IMG/VR virus record: IMGVR_UViG_3300028549_000092
Coordinates: 1 to 64,000 of that record
Length of the DNA stretch: 64,000 nucleotides
Source of the DNA: a virus
Reading direction: 5' to 3' (one strand)
Each line of letters begins with the position of its first letter. Positions within the stretch are counted from its first letter, which is position 1. The notes under the pieces are model-generated. The model worked only from the letters and a program-made list of their open reading frames with translations. It was not told where the DNA came from and did no database searches. This document shows, in pieces, positions 1 to 9,307 of the stretch. The translations under genes and the position numbers were made by a program.

Positions 1-2
1 GG

Positions 3-1382
3 GTTAAACTTGGAACTGCTACTAACTTCGTAATGACTGTAAATAATACTTTAAATTGGAATACGCTTAATAAACAGGTACAAACAACTACTCAAGGTTG
101 GGTTCAGTTACATACGACATTTATAGCAGATTATTCTAAAGGTGTTAATATTCATATAGGTAGAAACTATGAAAGCATAAAACAAAGTACTGGAACTGTT
201 TATTTATACGGGTTACAATTAGAAAACGGTAGTAATGCTACTGATTGGACACCAGCACTAGAAGACATAGATGGTAAGCTTACACAAATTACCGCTAACG
301 GCGTTTATACTGGAACTATTCAAGCTACTAACATTATAGGTGACGTTATTAATGGTAAAACTATTAGTGCTGTCGATGATGTAACTGGTAAAACTGTATT
401 AGAATTACATGGTACCGCTGGTACTCTTACTGGTTATGATTCAACAGGGCTTCTACAATCTCAACTTAGTAGAAATAGTCTATCCTTTTTTGATAATTTG
501 GGTGTACCTAGTGTATTCATTAGAGGTGGTGATATATCGTTATTAGATTGTAAACAAGGTTCTGGTGCTGCTACTTATGCTGTTGGTAATATACCTTTAG
601 GAGAACAACAGGCTTATTCTCCAGCATTTACTATTAGCGATAAGGGTGTATATAAAGGTGTGATACCGATTGTTATTAGTGGTAGTTGTACTATTGATTA
701 TGATCATCATAATGTGAGTGAAGTAGAGTTAGTTATATCGGTATATTGTGATGTCAATTTACAATATCTAAACGGTAGTACTTGGGAAAATTATAAAACT
801 AATGTAACAAGTAGATCTTTTAGTAATTCTTCTAATTATAATATTGTTAATGTAAATGGAGATGTTGATATTCCTATTTCATTTACTGTTGATAAAACCG
901 GTAGTTTTAGATTAAGTTATTCTCACTCACGATCTACTTGGGCTTCTGCTACAGCTAGTAATGGTGATCATGCATCCATTGAGATATTGAGTGAAGGCTC
1001 TAGTGTTAATAACGATGGTCAGGTTACTCTATGGCATATATCTAACGGTACATATATTGGTAGTAATGGATTTATAAGTTATAATAATATCAATGGTGAA
1101 AAATATGTTGTTTTTGATAGAACTGATATGTATCAGTTTAGAACTAAAGCTGAACAATGTTTAACCTCTTCTGATGAATGGACTCAAGTGTATATTACAA
1201 CAGAAGGTGTTAAAATTCGTACAGCTGGTCAAGATAGACTTTTAATATTGAACGATGGTAAGATCAAGTTTATGAACTTTCCAGCGGTCGCGTTGAATAC
1301 AGGTGGTACAGATAGTGCTAGATATAGACTATATGTAGATGGTAATGGTATATTATGTAGAGAAGGTCGTAGTTATTGGTAG
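3..1382 (+). CDS. Tail fibre / receptor-binding-like protein, C-terminal part (5' end outside window)
   Basis: The frame is open from base 3, upstream of the first ATG at 33. Contains VYLYGLQLENGSNATDWTP, a signature common at the end of lectin/jelly-roll domains in phage fibre proteins. The remainder is Gly/Ser/Thr/Asn-rich. Confidence 0.5.
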   Translation, partial: VKLGTATNFVMTVNNTLNWNTLNKQVQTTTQGWVQLHTTFIADYSKGVNIHIGRNYESIKQSTGTVYLYGLQLENGSNATDWTPALEDIDGKLTQITANGVYTGTIQATNIIGDVINGKTISAVDDVTGKTVLELHGTAGTLTGYDSTGLLQSQLSRNSLSFFDNLGVPSVFIRGGDISLLDCKQGSGAATYAVGNIPLGEQQAYSPAFTISDKGVYKGVIPIVISGSCTIDYDHHNVSEVELVISVYCDVNLQYLNGSTWENYKTNVTSRSFSNSSNYNIVNVNGDVDIPISFTVDKTGSFRLSYSHSRSTWASATASNGDHASIEILSEGSSVNNDGQVTLWHISNGTYIGSNGFISYNNINGEKYVVFDRTDMYQFRTKAEQCLTSSDEWTQVYITTEGVKIRTAGQDRLLILNDGKIKFMNFPAVALNTGGTDSARYRLYVDGNGILCREGRSYW

Positions 1383-1431
1383 CATATCGGTAATGGTAGC
1401 CTTATTGTTACCACTACCACTATTAAAATAC

Positions 1432-1469
1432 TTTGCTATATATTCATATTAATACTGATTTTACCTTTG
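1432..1469 (+). promoter_or_regulatory. Candidate Bacteroidota-type promoter (TTTG ... TACCTTTG), spacing longer than consensus
   Basis: cTTTGctatat... shares CTTTGCTATAT with the 45479 candidate. TAccTTTG is at 1462-1469, but the spacer is 26 nt. Confidence 0.25.
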
Positions 1470-1522
1470 GCATTATAGTAATATTCCCCATATTTACATT
1501 ATAAACTTAAATCACTTTAAAG

Positions 1523-2164
1523 ATGAAACCGATGGAGACCGACGAGACAGTTAAAGAAGATGGACAAGAAGTGTCTAATGTAGCATCTGCTACAGAAGAT
1601 AATACTGTTGACGAAAATGCTTTTAAATACCAAGAAGTTTACTCGATTAAACGAGCTATTAGCGAAGTTATTGATGTAGCCAATAATCGTACTAAGATGA
1701 TTATGCTCCAAGTGTTAGATGTTTGTGATAAGAACATCAAGCATTTCGGAACTCTTCAAACTATGACACCTAGTTATACTCAATACCTAGATGAGGTTAA
1801 GGCTATTTACAAACCTTACGTTGAGACTTACGACGGGATTGTTATGTTTTATAACTATAACAATGTCCCTACAGATAGTCCTGAAAACGGTCAACCTCGT
1901 TATACTGTTGAGGTTAGTTCTAAACCTAACTTTGAAACTATCAAAGATATGGTTAAGACTCAACTAGATGAACTAGATGTTAAGTATGCTAGTGACATCG
2001 CTGTTCGTAAAGAAATGTTAGTAGCTTTCAACGAGTTTCTTGGAAGTCCTGCTGAGAATATAGATTTCCCTAAGATTTCTATTGATAACTTACCGGAACT
2101 TACCTATAAGAACTCGGCTATAGATTTTCGAGCTTTGTTAAAGGTTGTTATCAAAACTAACTAA
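1523..2164 (+). CDS. Hypothetical virion-module protein (213 aa)
   Basis: Clean ORF followed by a strong hairpin plus T-run at 2173-2200. No motif recognised. Confidence 0.65.
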   Translation: MKPMETDETVKEDGQEVSNVASATEDNTVDENAFKYQEVYSIKRAISEVIDVANNRTKMIMLQVLDVCDKNIKHFGTLQTMTPSYTQYLDEVKAIYKPYVETYDGIVMFYNYNNVPTDSPENGQPRYTVEVSSKPNFETIKDMVKTQLDELDVKYASDIAVRKEMLVAFNEFLGSPAENIDFPKISIDNLPELTYKNSAIDFRALLKVVIKTN

Positions 2165-2172
2165 ACGTATAT

Positions 2173-2200
2173 AAGAGAGACTATTCCAGTCTCTCTTTTT
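2173..2200 (+). terminator. Rho-independent terminator
   Basis: aagagagact-attcc-agtctctctt followed by ttt. Confidence 0.8.
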
Positions 2201-2218
2201 ACATTTAAAACTACTTGT

Positions 2219-2533
2219 ATGATAGATAATGATAAGTTTGCTACTCTTAAACAAAATGTAGCTTTCGTGTATGCTGTTTATGGTGAGAGATTAGCAGATC
2301 GTTATCTGTTTAATATAAAAACTCAGCATGATAAACTTAACTTCATATTTCTAACTAGAAGTGTTAAGACTTTAGATTTAGCCAATGTTAGACCTAATGC
2401 TATACAAATTGCAGATGGTTACAAAGACTATGATGAGGTTAGTTTACAAATGGCTATAGATAAGATTAATCTTATAACTAATAGCGGGTTTATTCTACCT
2501 ATTATTAACAACCAAATTTTAGACAATGGCTAG
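2219..2533 (+). CDS. Hypothetical protein (104 aa)
   Basis: ORF in the operon. Its stop overlaps the next start (AATGGCTAG). Confidence 0.6.
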   Translation: MIDNDKFATLKQNVAFVYAVYGERLADRYLFNIKTQHDKLNFIFLTRSVKTLDLANVRPNAIQIADGYKDYDEVSLQMAIDKINLITNSGFILPIINNQILDNG

Positions 2534-3203
2534 TATTAAAGAGATAGCAACTGAGATAATAGAAGCTCTTGGTCAGGTTGATAATACCCCTCTATACAAT
2601 AGAGTTAAACGTTTGATAATAGAAGGTCGTGCTGAACTTATTAGACGTGATGTTAGAAAGACTGGAATTGATGATGATTACATTCAGTATGTTTCAGTCA
2701 ATATGATAAAAGTTCCTTCTATTGATCTACCTAATGTTTCTACAAATGTTTGTGGATCTGTTCTAAGAACTAAAAATAGAATACCTAGTACAGTTAGAGT
2801 TGCTAATAACACTCCTTTTATGTATGTTGGTACTTCTGATAGAGCTTATCCATACGTATATGTTAGTAACGCTACTGGAGTTACCCGTATGCGTAATTCT
2901 AAATATTTTGTTAATGTTATAATGTATTGTTTTGTAAATGGTTATATATACATATATGCTACAGATAATAATATTGCCAATATTACTATTGGACATCCTT
3001 TTATAAACCCACATTTAATTGATGACTCTAATTCTACTTTCAATAAAGAATACGTAGAAGATACTGATGAATTTTTAATTCCTGAAGACATGCTTCGTGA
3101 ACTTAAAGCTATCATCTTTAAAACAGACTTTGCTATTGCTGTTACAGACGATAGGGAAGTTAGTATTGATTCAAATGAAAAACGAACCGAAGATAATAGG
3201 TAA
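2526..3203 (+). CDS. Hypothetical virion-module protein (225 aa)
   Basis: ORF whose start is coupled to the upstream stop. No motif recognised. Confidence 0.65.
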   Translation: MASIKEIATEIIEALGQVDNTPLYNRVKRLIIEGRAELIRRDVRKTGIDDDYIQYVSVNMIKVPSIDLPNVSTNVCGSVLRTKNRIPSTVRVANNTPFMYVGTSDRAYPYVYVSNATGVTRMRNSKYFVNVIMYCFVNGYIYIYATDNNIANITIGHPFINPHLIDDSNSTFNKEYVEDTDEFLIPEDMLRELKAIIFKTDFAIAVTDDREVSIDSNEKRTEDNR

Positions 3204-4077
3204 ACAAGTTCAGTACGATGATTATATTAGTAATCTTAAAGCTAAAATTACTAAATTAGAGAACAAAGTTATTAGGAATGGAGATACTATTGATATTATT
3301 AAAAATCAATTAGTATCTCTTTTTGCTACTGTTAATTGTACCCTTATGTGTAATGGGGATATGATTAGAGGTACTGTAGATCTTTTTAAACTTCTAAACG
3401 CTATTAAACTAGATGATGTTAAAAAGATTGAAATTATATGTAAAAGTTATGAAGATCGTATTAAGATTGAACAGTACTTTACTAATTATGTTGCTATTAA
3501 TATTATAATTAATGTAACTAATATTACAATTGCTGAATTTAAAAGATGTCTAGTTAGTAAGACTGTTTATAATAAACTGTCTGAACAGTATAATAAGCAA
3601 TGTGTACTTAAACTTCTTGATGGTGGTTCTATTAAATTTGCTACTGATTATGGAAGTGTTGTAGTATATGTCAATAAAGTTCGGGCTAATGTTAAACGTC
3701 CTGACTGGAAAAAGTCTAATGCTTATAAAGAGTTTCTAATTAGCAACGGTAGAGTTCCGTATCTAAAAGAAGATGAAGAAAAGGCTATTGCTAAAGGTGA
3801 AACTTACCTTGGTGAAAAATGGCTTATCTACAATACTAACGAAACCTATTTTAATGTGGTTTGGCATAAGGGTGTTAAAACAGATGCTAACGTTTGTTAT
3901 AACTTCAATCCTTGTCGTAAATCTGGAGCTACTTATAATAGAGCTGAACTAGTTAAAGCTCTTACTAATCCACAAGATGTTCAAAAGAGTGGTTTCTCTT
4001 TCATTGAATGTCTTAATGTTTTAAAAGAACTTATCCCTACTTACGAACTTCGATTTTATAATCGTCCAATCTATTAA
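3175..4077 (+). CDS. Hypothetical protein (300 aa from ATG 3175; ORF track starts at 3097)
   Basis: The in-frame ATG at 3175 gives a 29-nt overlap with the upstream gene, against 107 nt from 3097. The start remains uncertain. Confidence 0.55.
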   Translation: MKNEPKIIGKQVQYDDYISNLKAKITKLENKVIRNGDTIDIIKNQLVSLFATVNCTLMCNGDMIRGTVDLFKLLNAIKLDDVKKIEIICKSYEDRIKIEQYFTNYVAINIIINVTNITIAEFKRCLVSKTVYNKLSEQYNKQCVLKLLDGGSIKFATDYGSVVVYVNKVRANVKRPDWKKSNAYKEFLISNGRVPYLKEDEEKAIAKGETYLGEKWLIYNTNETYFNVVWHKGVKTDANVCYNFNPCRKSGATYNRAELVKALTNPQDVQKSGFSFIECLNVLKELIPTYELRFYNRPIY

Positions 4078-4081
4078 GATT

Positions 4082-4870
4082 ATGATATACTCATGGGTTA
4101 CTTTCGATGAAGTTATCACTATTATTGAAAACACTTATCATGTTAAGAGTAGTGATTATATTTACAGACTTCCTCAATGGATTAATGAAGCGCTTAGTGA
4201 ACTAAAGGTTAGGCTACCATATGAACCAGCTGTAAGTAGTATTAAAGTTACTAATAGTAAGTTTCAGTTACCTAAATCTATTAAGAACATTGCACTAGTA
4301 GTTTACAAAGGTTGTATTGTAGATAGACTTAATAGTAATATTCATGTTGGTAATCAGAGTATAAAAGATTATTCAGGTCAACTTTCAGTAATGGCTTATG
4401 ATCAGATTAAAACTGTTGATGCCAATGGTGATATTAAAGTTAGGATCAAAGAGTTTGAACTAGCTATTAACAACGGTAGTAGTAAACATAGTTATTCAAC
4501 TCTTAATAACAAGTTTTGCGAAACTACCGTTCCGGATAACGAACGTGTTGATCTGTATTATACTAGACTTCCTCATAGTTTTGATCCTATTAGTAATCAA
4601 GAAATACCTATGATTCCTGATGGTGAACTTACTAAGCAGTCAATAGTCTGGTATGTGCTTCGCTCTCTTCTCTACGGGGGATACGTCCATCCAACTTTAA
4701 GCCTTGCTAGTGGTACTGAAGAATTGAATCCTGCTAGAATGTTTGAAAGATATGCTGATAGAGCTAGAGGTGAACTATTAGATTTCGATAATGCTACTAG
4801 AGAACGTTTAAAAGATATCAATACTACTTTTATTCATGATATTAGTAGATATTCACGATTTAAAGGTTGA
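4082..4870 (+). CDS. Hypothetical virion-module protein (262 aa)
   Basis: ORF tightly packed between its neighbours. Contains dispersed-motif copy 4662-4684 in antisense. Confidence 0.7.
   Translation: MIYSWVTFDEVITIIENTYHVKSSDYIYRLPQWINEALSELKVRLPYEPAVSSIKVTNSKFQLPKSIKNIALVVYKGCIVDRLNSNIHVGNQSIKDYSGQLSVMAYDQIKTVDANGDIKVRIKEFELAINNGSSKHSYSTLNNKFCETTVPDNERVDLYYTRLPHSFDPISNQEIPMIPDGELTKQSIVWYVLRSLLYGGYVHPTLSLASGTEELNPARMFERYADRARGELLDFDNATRERLKDINTTFIHDISRYSRFKG
4662..4684 (-). repeat. Dispersed motif copy (reverse orientation)
   Basis: Plus strand reads gctctcttctctacgggggatac. Inside the 262-aa ORF, read as LRSLLYGGY. Confidence 0.75.
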
Positions 4871-4873
4871 GTT

Positions 4874-7800
4874 ATGAAAGTTACTAAAGGTGAATGGTTA
4901 GACGGTAATACCGTTAATAAAGATAACGGTAGTTTGGAATATGCTAGAAATCTAGCTGTTAGTGATGATTTTACTAGTAGTCGTAACGCATTTGGCTTCG
5001 ATCCTAAACTGGTTTTGGCTGGTGAGGGTGAGACGCTAGAGTTGGTTGGGAAAGAGGTTACAAATAAGGGGGTTGCCATTTTTGGTAACCTCTATGCAGG
5101 TCAAAGGTATGCGGTGATATATTTGTACGACCCCGAAAAGAACGTTGCTAAAACGGTACTTAAAACGTCGAAATTTAACTGGTCATTAGACAATCCTATT
5201 CGATCTAGCCATACTTTTAACTATAAAGGTGATCTAGTTCTCATTTGGTGTGACGGTACTACTCCAACTAGTAATCGTCCTATGATTCTAAACGTTGAAA
5301 CTCCTGATATAATACTAAATACTAATAAAGAGATTGTAGGAAATGAAGAATGTCTATATCTATTCAATACTGCCAATAGTATTGATTTTAGATATTCTGT
5401 TAGTAAGAATGGAATACTTAAAGGTGGTGCTTATTATATTACAGCTAGTTATGAACTTTCTGATGAAAGTGTTACTAATTGGAGTGTTATACAAGGCCCT
5501 ATATATATTGGTAACCGTACTGATAAAAACAGTAATAGTTCTATAATTTTAAACTTTAAGAATCTTAATACTAATTATAGATATATAAAAATAGGTATAA
5601 TTCTTAAATCTGAAGGTATAACTACTGGTAAGATTTATAAAAAGTTTAGTGTTAGTTCTAATGATTTAACAATAGCTGTCAGTGATAATACTGGTGATGA
5701 AACCGATATTAGAGAGTTTACAGTTCGTAGAGCTGTTTACGATAAAATAAACGATGTTATAATAACTAATAATAAAGCTTATATAGCATCTCCTTTAGAA
5801 TATAACAATAAACTAGATTATCAAAAGTTTGCTAATGATATTAAAGTTGGATATAGATATGTAACTCCTACTCTAACTCCTAACAATCCAGTTGTTACAA
5901 GTCCTACTGGAGGTTTAGATTATAAAGATTTGATACATGGTGGACTAGGTTTAATAGATAACAATACTTCATATCCTGCTGGTAGTGATTCAGATCAGTA
6001 TTACAATGGTAGTAATCAAGGTTTTATGCATGGTGAAGTACATGCTTATTATATATTCTTTGTACTGAAACATTCAGGTCATATAGTTCCTGCTTTTCAT
6101 ATACCAGGTAGAAGTGCTATTGAAAATATTCATCCAAGTGAAGTTGCACATTGTCATAATCCTAGTTTAAATGGGTTTCATACTAACTCTTTTGGTAAGA
6201 CTATTGGTAAGTCTTTTGGATGTGAGCAGATACCTATTATGTATTTTCAAAATGATCTTGCGGTAGCTTCCCCTGTAGTAGGGAAGGTAGAGGTTACTTT
6301 CACTATTGGACTTATTAAGTGTATCATACAATTCAACACTTTTAATGATTTCAATAGTTTTAATCTTGCTAATGCAACTACTGTTAATCAGAATCTTTGG
6401 AATAACTTTAGTATATATATTGAAAATAAGTTTGTCATTATTAAATATACTAATATTAATCAAGTTCAAGAAGTTACTCCAATAACTATTGATATAGTAT
6501 TTAATGTTAATACTCCACAAGCAGTTAATGGAAATAAGTATTTTGTTAAACTGTTTGATAAAAAATGGATGTTGCATGGTGGTGGTTATACTCATAAAGA
6601 ATACCTTTCTTATTGGGAGAACACTAATGAACTTTATCCAGAAGACGATGAAACTTATTTCCCTGTTGGAAATGTTAGACATCATAGATTTCCTCTAATG
6701 GCCAATTCTTATAAAGATGATGTTGTACTAGGTAAAGGTGTTGATCTATTAAAACCTTATTTTGATAATATATATATCCCACAAGAACTTTTAAATGAGA
6801 TTAGTCATATTGGTATTGCACAAGCTAAGCGTACTGCTATAAATCGTACTGTTTGGGGACAGAGTCCGATTCATGATATAACTCTACAAGGGGATGTTGA
6901 AGATAATGGTAATCTAACTACTGATAACATTCAAGTGGCTACTCGTAATTGGGATTATCTATATGGTCAATCTATTATAAATAATAAAAGTTGGTATCCT
7001 AATAAAAAGGATATAGCCAGTATGCTTAGTTATACTGTAGATCTTAAATACATTACTCCTAAGAATGGATTTAATGCTATGTTTAGAGGTCTCTATAAAA
7101 CTAAATTTTTAGATATTATTTACTCTGAGAGTAATATTGCTCTAACACATCTTATACCGGAGTATATAGAATATATTGATTACTGTGCTAACTATGGTCT
7201 TTTAAGTACTAAGTTGAAAGCTATTGTAGGAAGTTTTTCTAAGACTAAACTTGATGCGGGTTTAAAGCCTTATTACAAGAACCCTTATTATAAAGGTGTT
7301 ATAGAAGTACTCATATCTAAATATATACCTAATAACTCCGTTGTCCCTTTAGATTATAAAGATAGCTATATAGCTAACAATACTGGTGATTCTTTTGTAT
7401 ATATAGAGAGTGCTTCTGCTGATAAAACTCCGAATAGTGATAAATCAGGGTGGAGGTCTAATAGTGATAATTTAATGAGTGCTACTTATGAAGATGATTT
7501 TACAATAGACAATGATAAAGGTAGAGTTACTAGAGAATTATATAGGTTCAAACCTGCTAGACTTAGTCCTTATAATAGTTTGGACAGTACTACATTAAGT
7601 AGTACAAAACCTGTTGGTTGTAAAATTGTATTGGCTACTGGTTATAGTAAAAAGGACAATGTTTATTATGATTTTACTAATCAACCTTTAACAGTCATAG
7701 CGATAAAGCCTATAAAGATTGCAGGTTATCATTCAATAGGTAAAGATGAAGATATTATAATAGGTGATACATTTAAAAATGTTAACGATAGTATTACACA

Positions 7801-9295
7801 TAAGCTTACAAGTAATCCCCATGCACTTATTAATGAAGATTACTTTCTAAATCTTACAGCTTTTGCAAAAGATAAGGTATATAAAGATGCTAATATCATG
7901 AGTACTCCTTTCTTTTCAGAAAGTACTGTAGATACTACAAAACTATATGTTGAAAAGGATGAAATACTACAAGTAAACATTAACGATGTTAGTGATAACT
8001 TTAAACGGGATTTCTTTAAAGATTTAAAACCTCTTTATAATCCAGATTATAATTCTCCACAAGATATAGATGTACCTATTATACTTAGTAACTTTAAAAT
8101 AAACAGTTATCTATATAATGCTATTGCTAAAAGTGGAATAATAAACGATGTTAAAACTAATCTAGCAAATCTTAAAAGTTTTAAGGCTAATGATATATAT
8201 TACATGCCTATTGAAAATAATGAAATTGTTAAAATGATAGGTAAAGGTGGTAATATTTATATTCAACAACGAAATGCTCTTAGCCTAGCTATGTTAAAAG
8301 ATCGTATTGAATATAAAGATAATGACGTGTATCTAGGTACTGCTGATTTATTTGATAGAGCACCTTTTGAGATACGAGATGAAGAGGGTGGTAGAATCAG
8401 TTGTGAACATTTTGCACATGTTTGTGATCATAAGTTTGGTATTACCGTTGTAGATACTTTTAAGAAGGCTATATATTTGGTCTCGGGGGATAAGGCTGGT
8501 AATATTAGTAAGGTGAACATGTTTAACTTCTTTACCAATATGTTCGACACAAAGATAAATAGAAGCCTACCTGTTAACCCGTTTACTGGTAATGGTCTAT
8601 TTACCATACTTGATAAAACAGGTTTGCTACATGTCTATAATAAGACATCTTTTAACCATTGCTACTCGATTCACAAACAATGCTGGTTCGGTAGGTATGA
8701 TTGGTTTGCTGATCTTGCTTTTACCTATAGGGATGAGGTCTTTTCGCTTAAATTTGATACATTGCATAAGCATAATGACCGTAGTAAAAAAGGTAAATTT
8801 CATGTTAGTAGTAGAAACGGTTCTCAACCTTACTATCCTACAGTTGTAGATATTATCTTCAATGCTGAAATAGATAAGGATAAAAGATTAGATTCTATTA
8901 TTGTTAATACTACTGCACAGAGTTTCATTGATAATGAGGTTACTAAAAATCTTTACAATGAAACTATTGATAGTGTAATGGTTTATACTGATACACAATG
9001 TAGTGGTATTCTACCTTTTGAACTTGCCAATATAGAATCTAGTGGGTATAGAATGATTCAATCTAAGTATATTTTTAATAACTTTAGAGATGCGGTTATT
9101 AATGATAAACTTCCATTTATTACATCTGATAAACAAGTTATTACTGGTAATGTAGATGCTACTAAAAAAGATTGGTACGAACGTAGTGTTTTTATTAATA
9201 ATTACTTTGTGATTAGAATTGTTATAAACAATCAATATGATTACGATAAGATTATCAATGATGTATCTCTAATGGTTAATAGTGTTAAACGTTAA
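4874..9295 (+). CDS. Large virion structural protein (1473 aa), function unknown
   Basis: 4.4-kb uninterrupted ORF in the virion block. Asn/Tyr/Ile-rich beta-type composition. No catalytic motif recognised. Confidence 0.8.
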   Translation: MKVTKGEWLDGNTVNKDNGSLEYARNLAVSDDFTSSRNAFGFDPKLVLAGEGETLELVGKEVTNKGVAIFGNLYAGQRYAVIYLYDPEKNVAKTVLKTSKFNWSLDNPIRSSHTFNYKGDLVLIWCDGTTPTSNRPMILNVETPDIILNTNKEIVGNEECLYLFNTANSIDFRYSVSKNGILKGGAYYITASYELSDESVTNWSVIQGPIYIGNRTDKNSNSSIILNFKNLNTNYRYIKIGIILKSEGITTGKIYKKFSVSSNDLTIAVSDNTGDETDIREFTVRRAVYDKINDVIITNNKAYIASPLEYNNKLDYQKFANDIKVGYRYVTPTLTPNNPVVTSPTGGLDYKDLIHGGLGLIDNNTSYPAGSDSDQYYNGSNQGFMHGEVHAYYIFFVLKHSGHIVPAFHIPGRSAIENIHPSEVAHCHNPSLNGFHTNSFGKTIGKSFGCEQIPIMYFQNDLAVASPVVGKVEVTFTIGLIKCIIQFNTFNDFNSFNLANATTVNQNLWNNFSIYIENKFVIIKYTNINQVQEVTPITIDIVFNVNTPQAVNGNKYFVKLFDKKWMLHGGGYTHKEYLSYWENTNELYPEDDETYFPVGNVRHHRFPLMANSYKDDVVLGKGVDLLKPYFDNIYIPQELLNEISHIGIAQAKRTAINRTVWGQSPIHDITLQGDVEDNGNLTTDNIQVATRNWDYLYGQSIINNKSWYPNKKDIASMLSYTVDLKYITPKNGFNAMFRGLYKTKFLDIIYSESNIALTHLIPEYIEYIDYCANYGLLSTKLKAIVGSFSKTKLDAGLKPYYKNPYYKGVIEVLISKYIPNNSVVPLDYKDSYIANNTGDSFVYIESASADKTPNSDKSGWRSNSDNLMSATYEDDFTIDNDKGRVTRELYRFKPARLSPYNSLDSTTLSSTKPVGCKIVLATGYSKKDNVYYDFTNQPLTVIAIKPIKIAGYHSIGKDEDIIIGDTFKNVNDSITHKLTSNPHALINEDYFLNLTAFAKDKVYKDANIMSTPFFSESTVDTTKLYVEKDEILQVNINDVSDNFKRDFFKDLKPLYNPDYNSPQDIDVPIILSNFKINSYLYNAIAKSGIINDVKTNLANLKSFKANDIYYMPIENNEIVKMIGKGGNIYIQQRNALSLAMLKDRIEYKDNDVYLGTADLFDRAPFEIRDEEGGRISCEHFAHVCDHKFGITVVDTFKKAIYLVSGDKAGNISKVNMFNFFTNMFDTKINRSLPVNPFTGNGLFTILDKTGLLHVYNKTSFNHCYSIHKQCWFGRYDWFADLAFTYRDEVFSLKFDTLHKHNDRSKKGKFHVSSRNGSQPYYPTVVDIIFNAEIDKDKRLDSIIVNTTAQSFIDNEVTKNLYNETIDSVMVYTDTQCSGILPFELANIESSGYRMIQSKYIFNNFRDAVINDKLPFITSDKQVITGNVDATKKDWYERSVFINNYFVIRIVINNQYDYDKIINDVSLMVNSVKR
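6264..6287 (+). repeat. Dispersed motif copy
   Basis: tagcttcccctgtagtagggaagg. Inside the 1473-aa ORF, read as ASPVVGK. Confidence 0.75.
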
Positions 9296-9307
9296 AACTT
9301 AAAAGAT

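Noticed and set aside
3097-3203. The overlap of ORFs 2526..3203 and 3097..4077 as a chaperone-like frameshift.
   Set aside because: An in-frame ATG at 3175 reduces the overlap to 29 nt, and no slippery site is evident.
6167-6685. Antisense and off-frame ORFs nested in large genes, for example 6167..6685, 15655..16005, 19536..19862, 20222..20611, 25812..26144, 44903..45358, 45669..45920 and 52487..52855.
   Set aside because: Each lies wholly inside a longer ORF that has recognisable motifs or operon context. Their products are Leu/Ile/Ser/Phe-rich low-complexity sequence, as expected from translating AT-rich antisense. I treat them as spurious.
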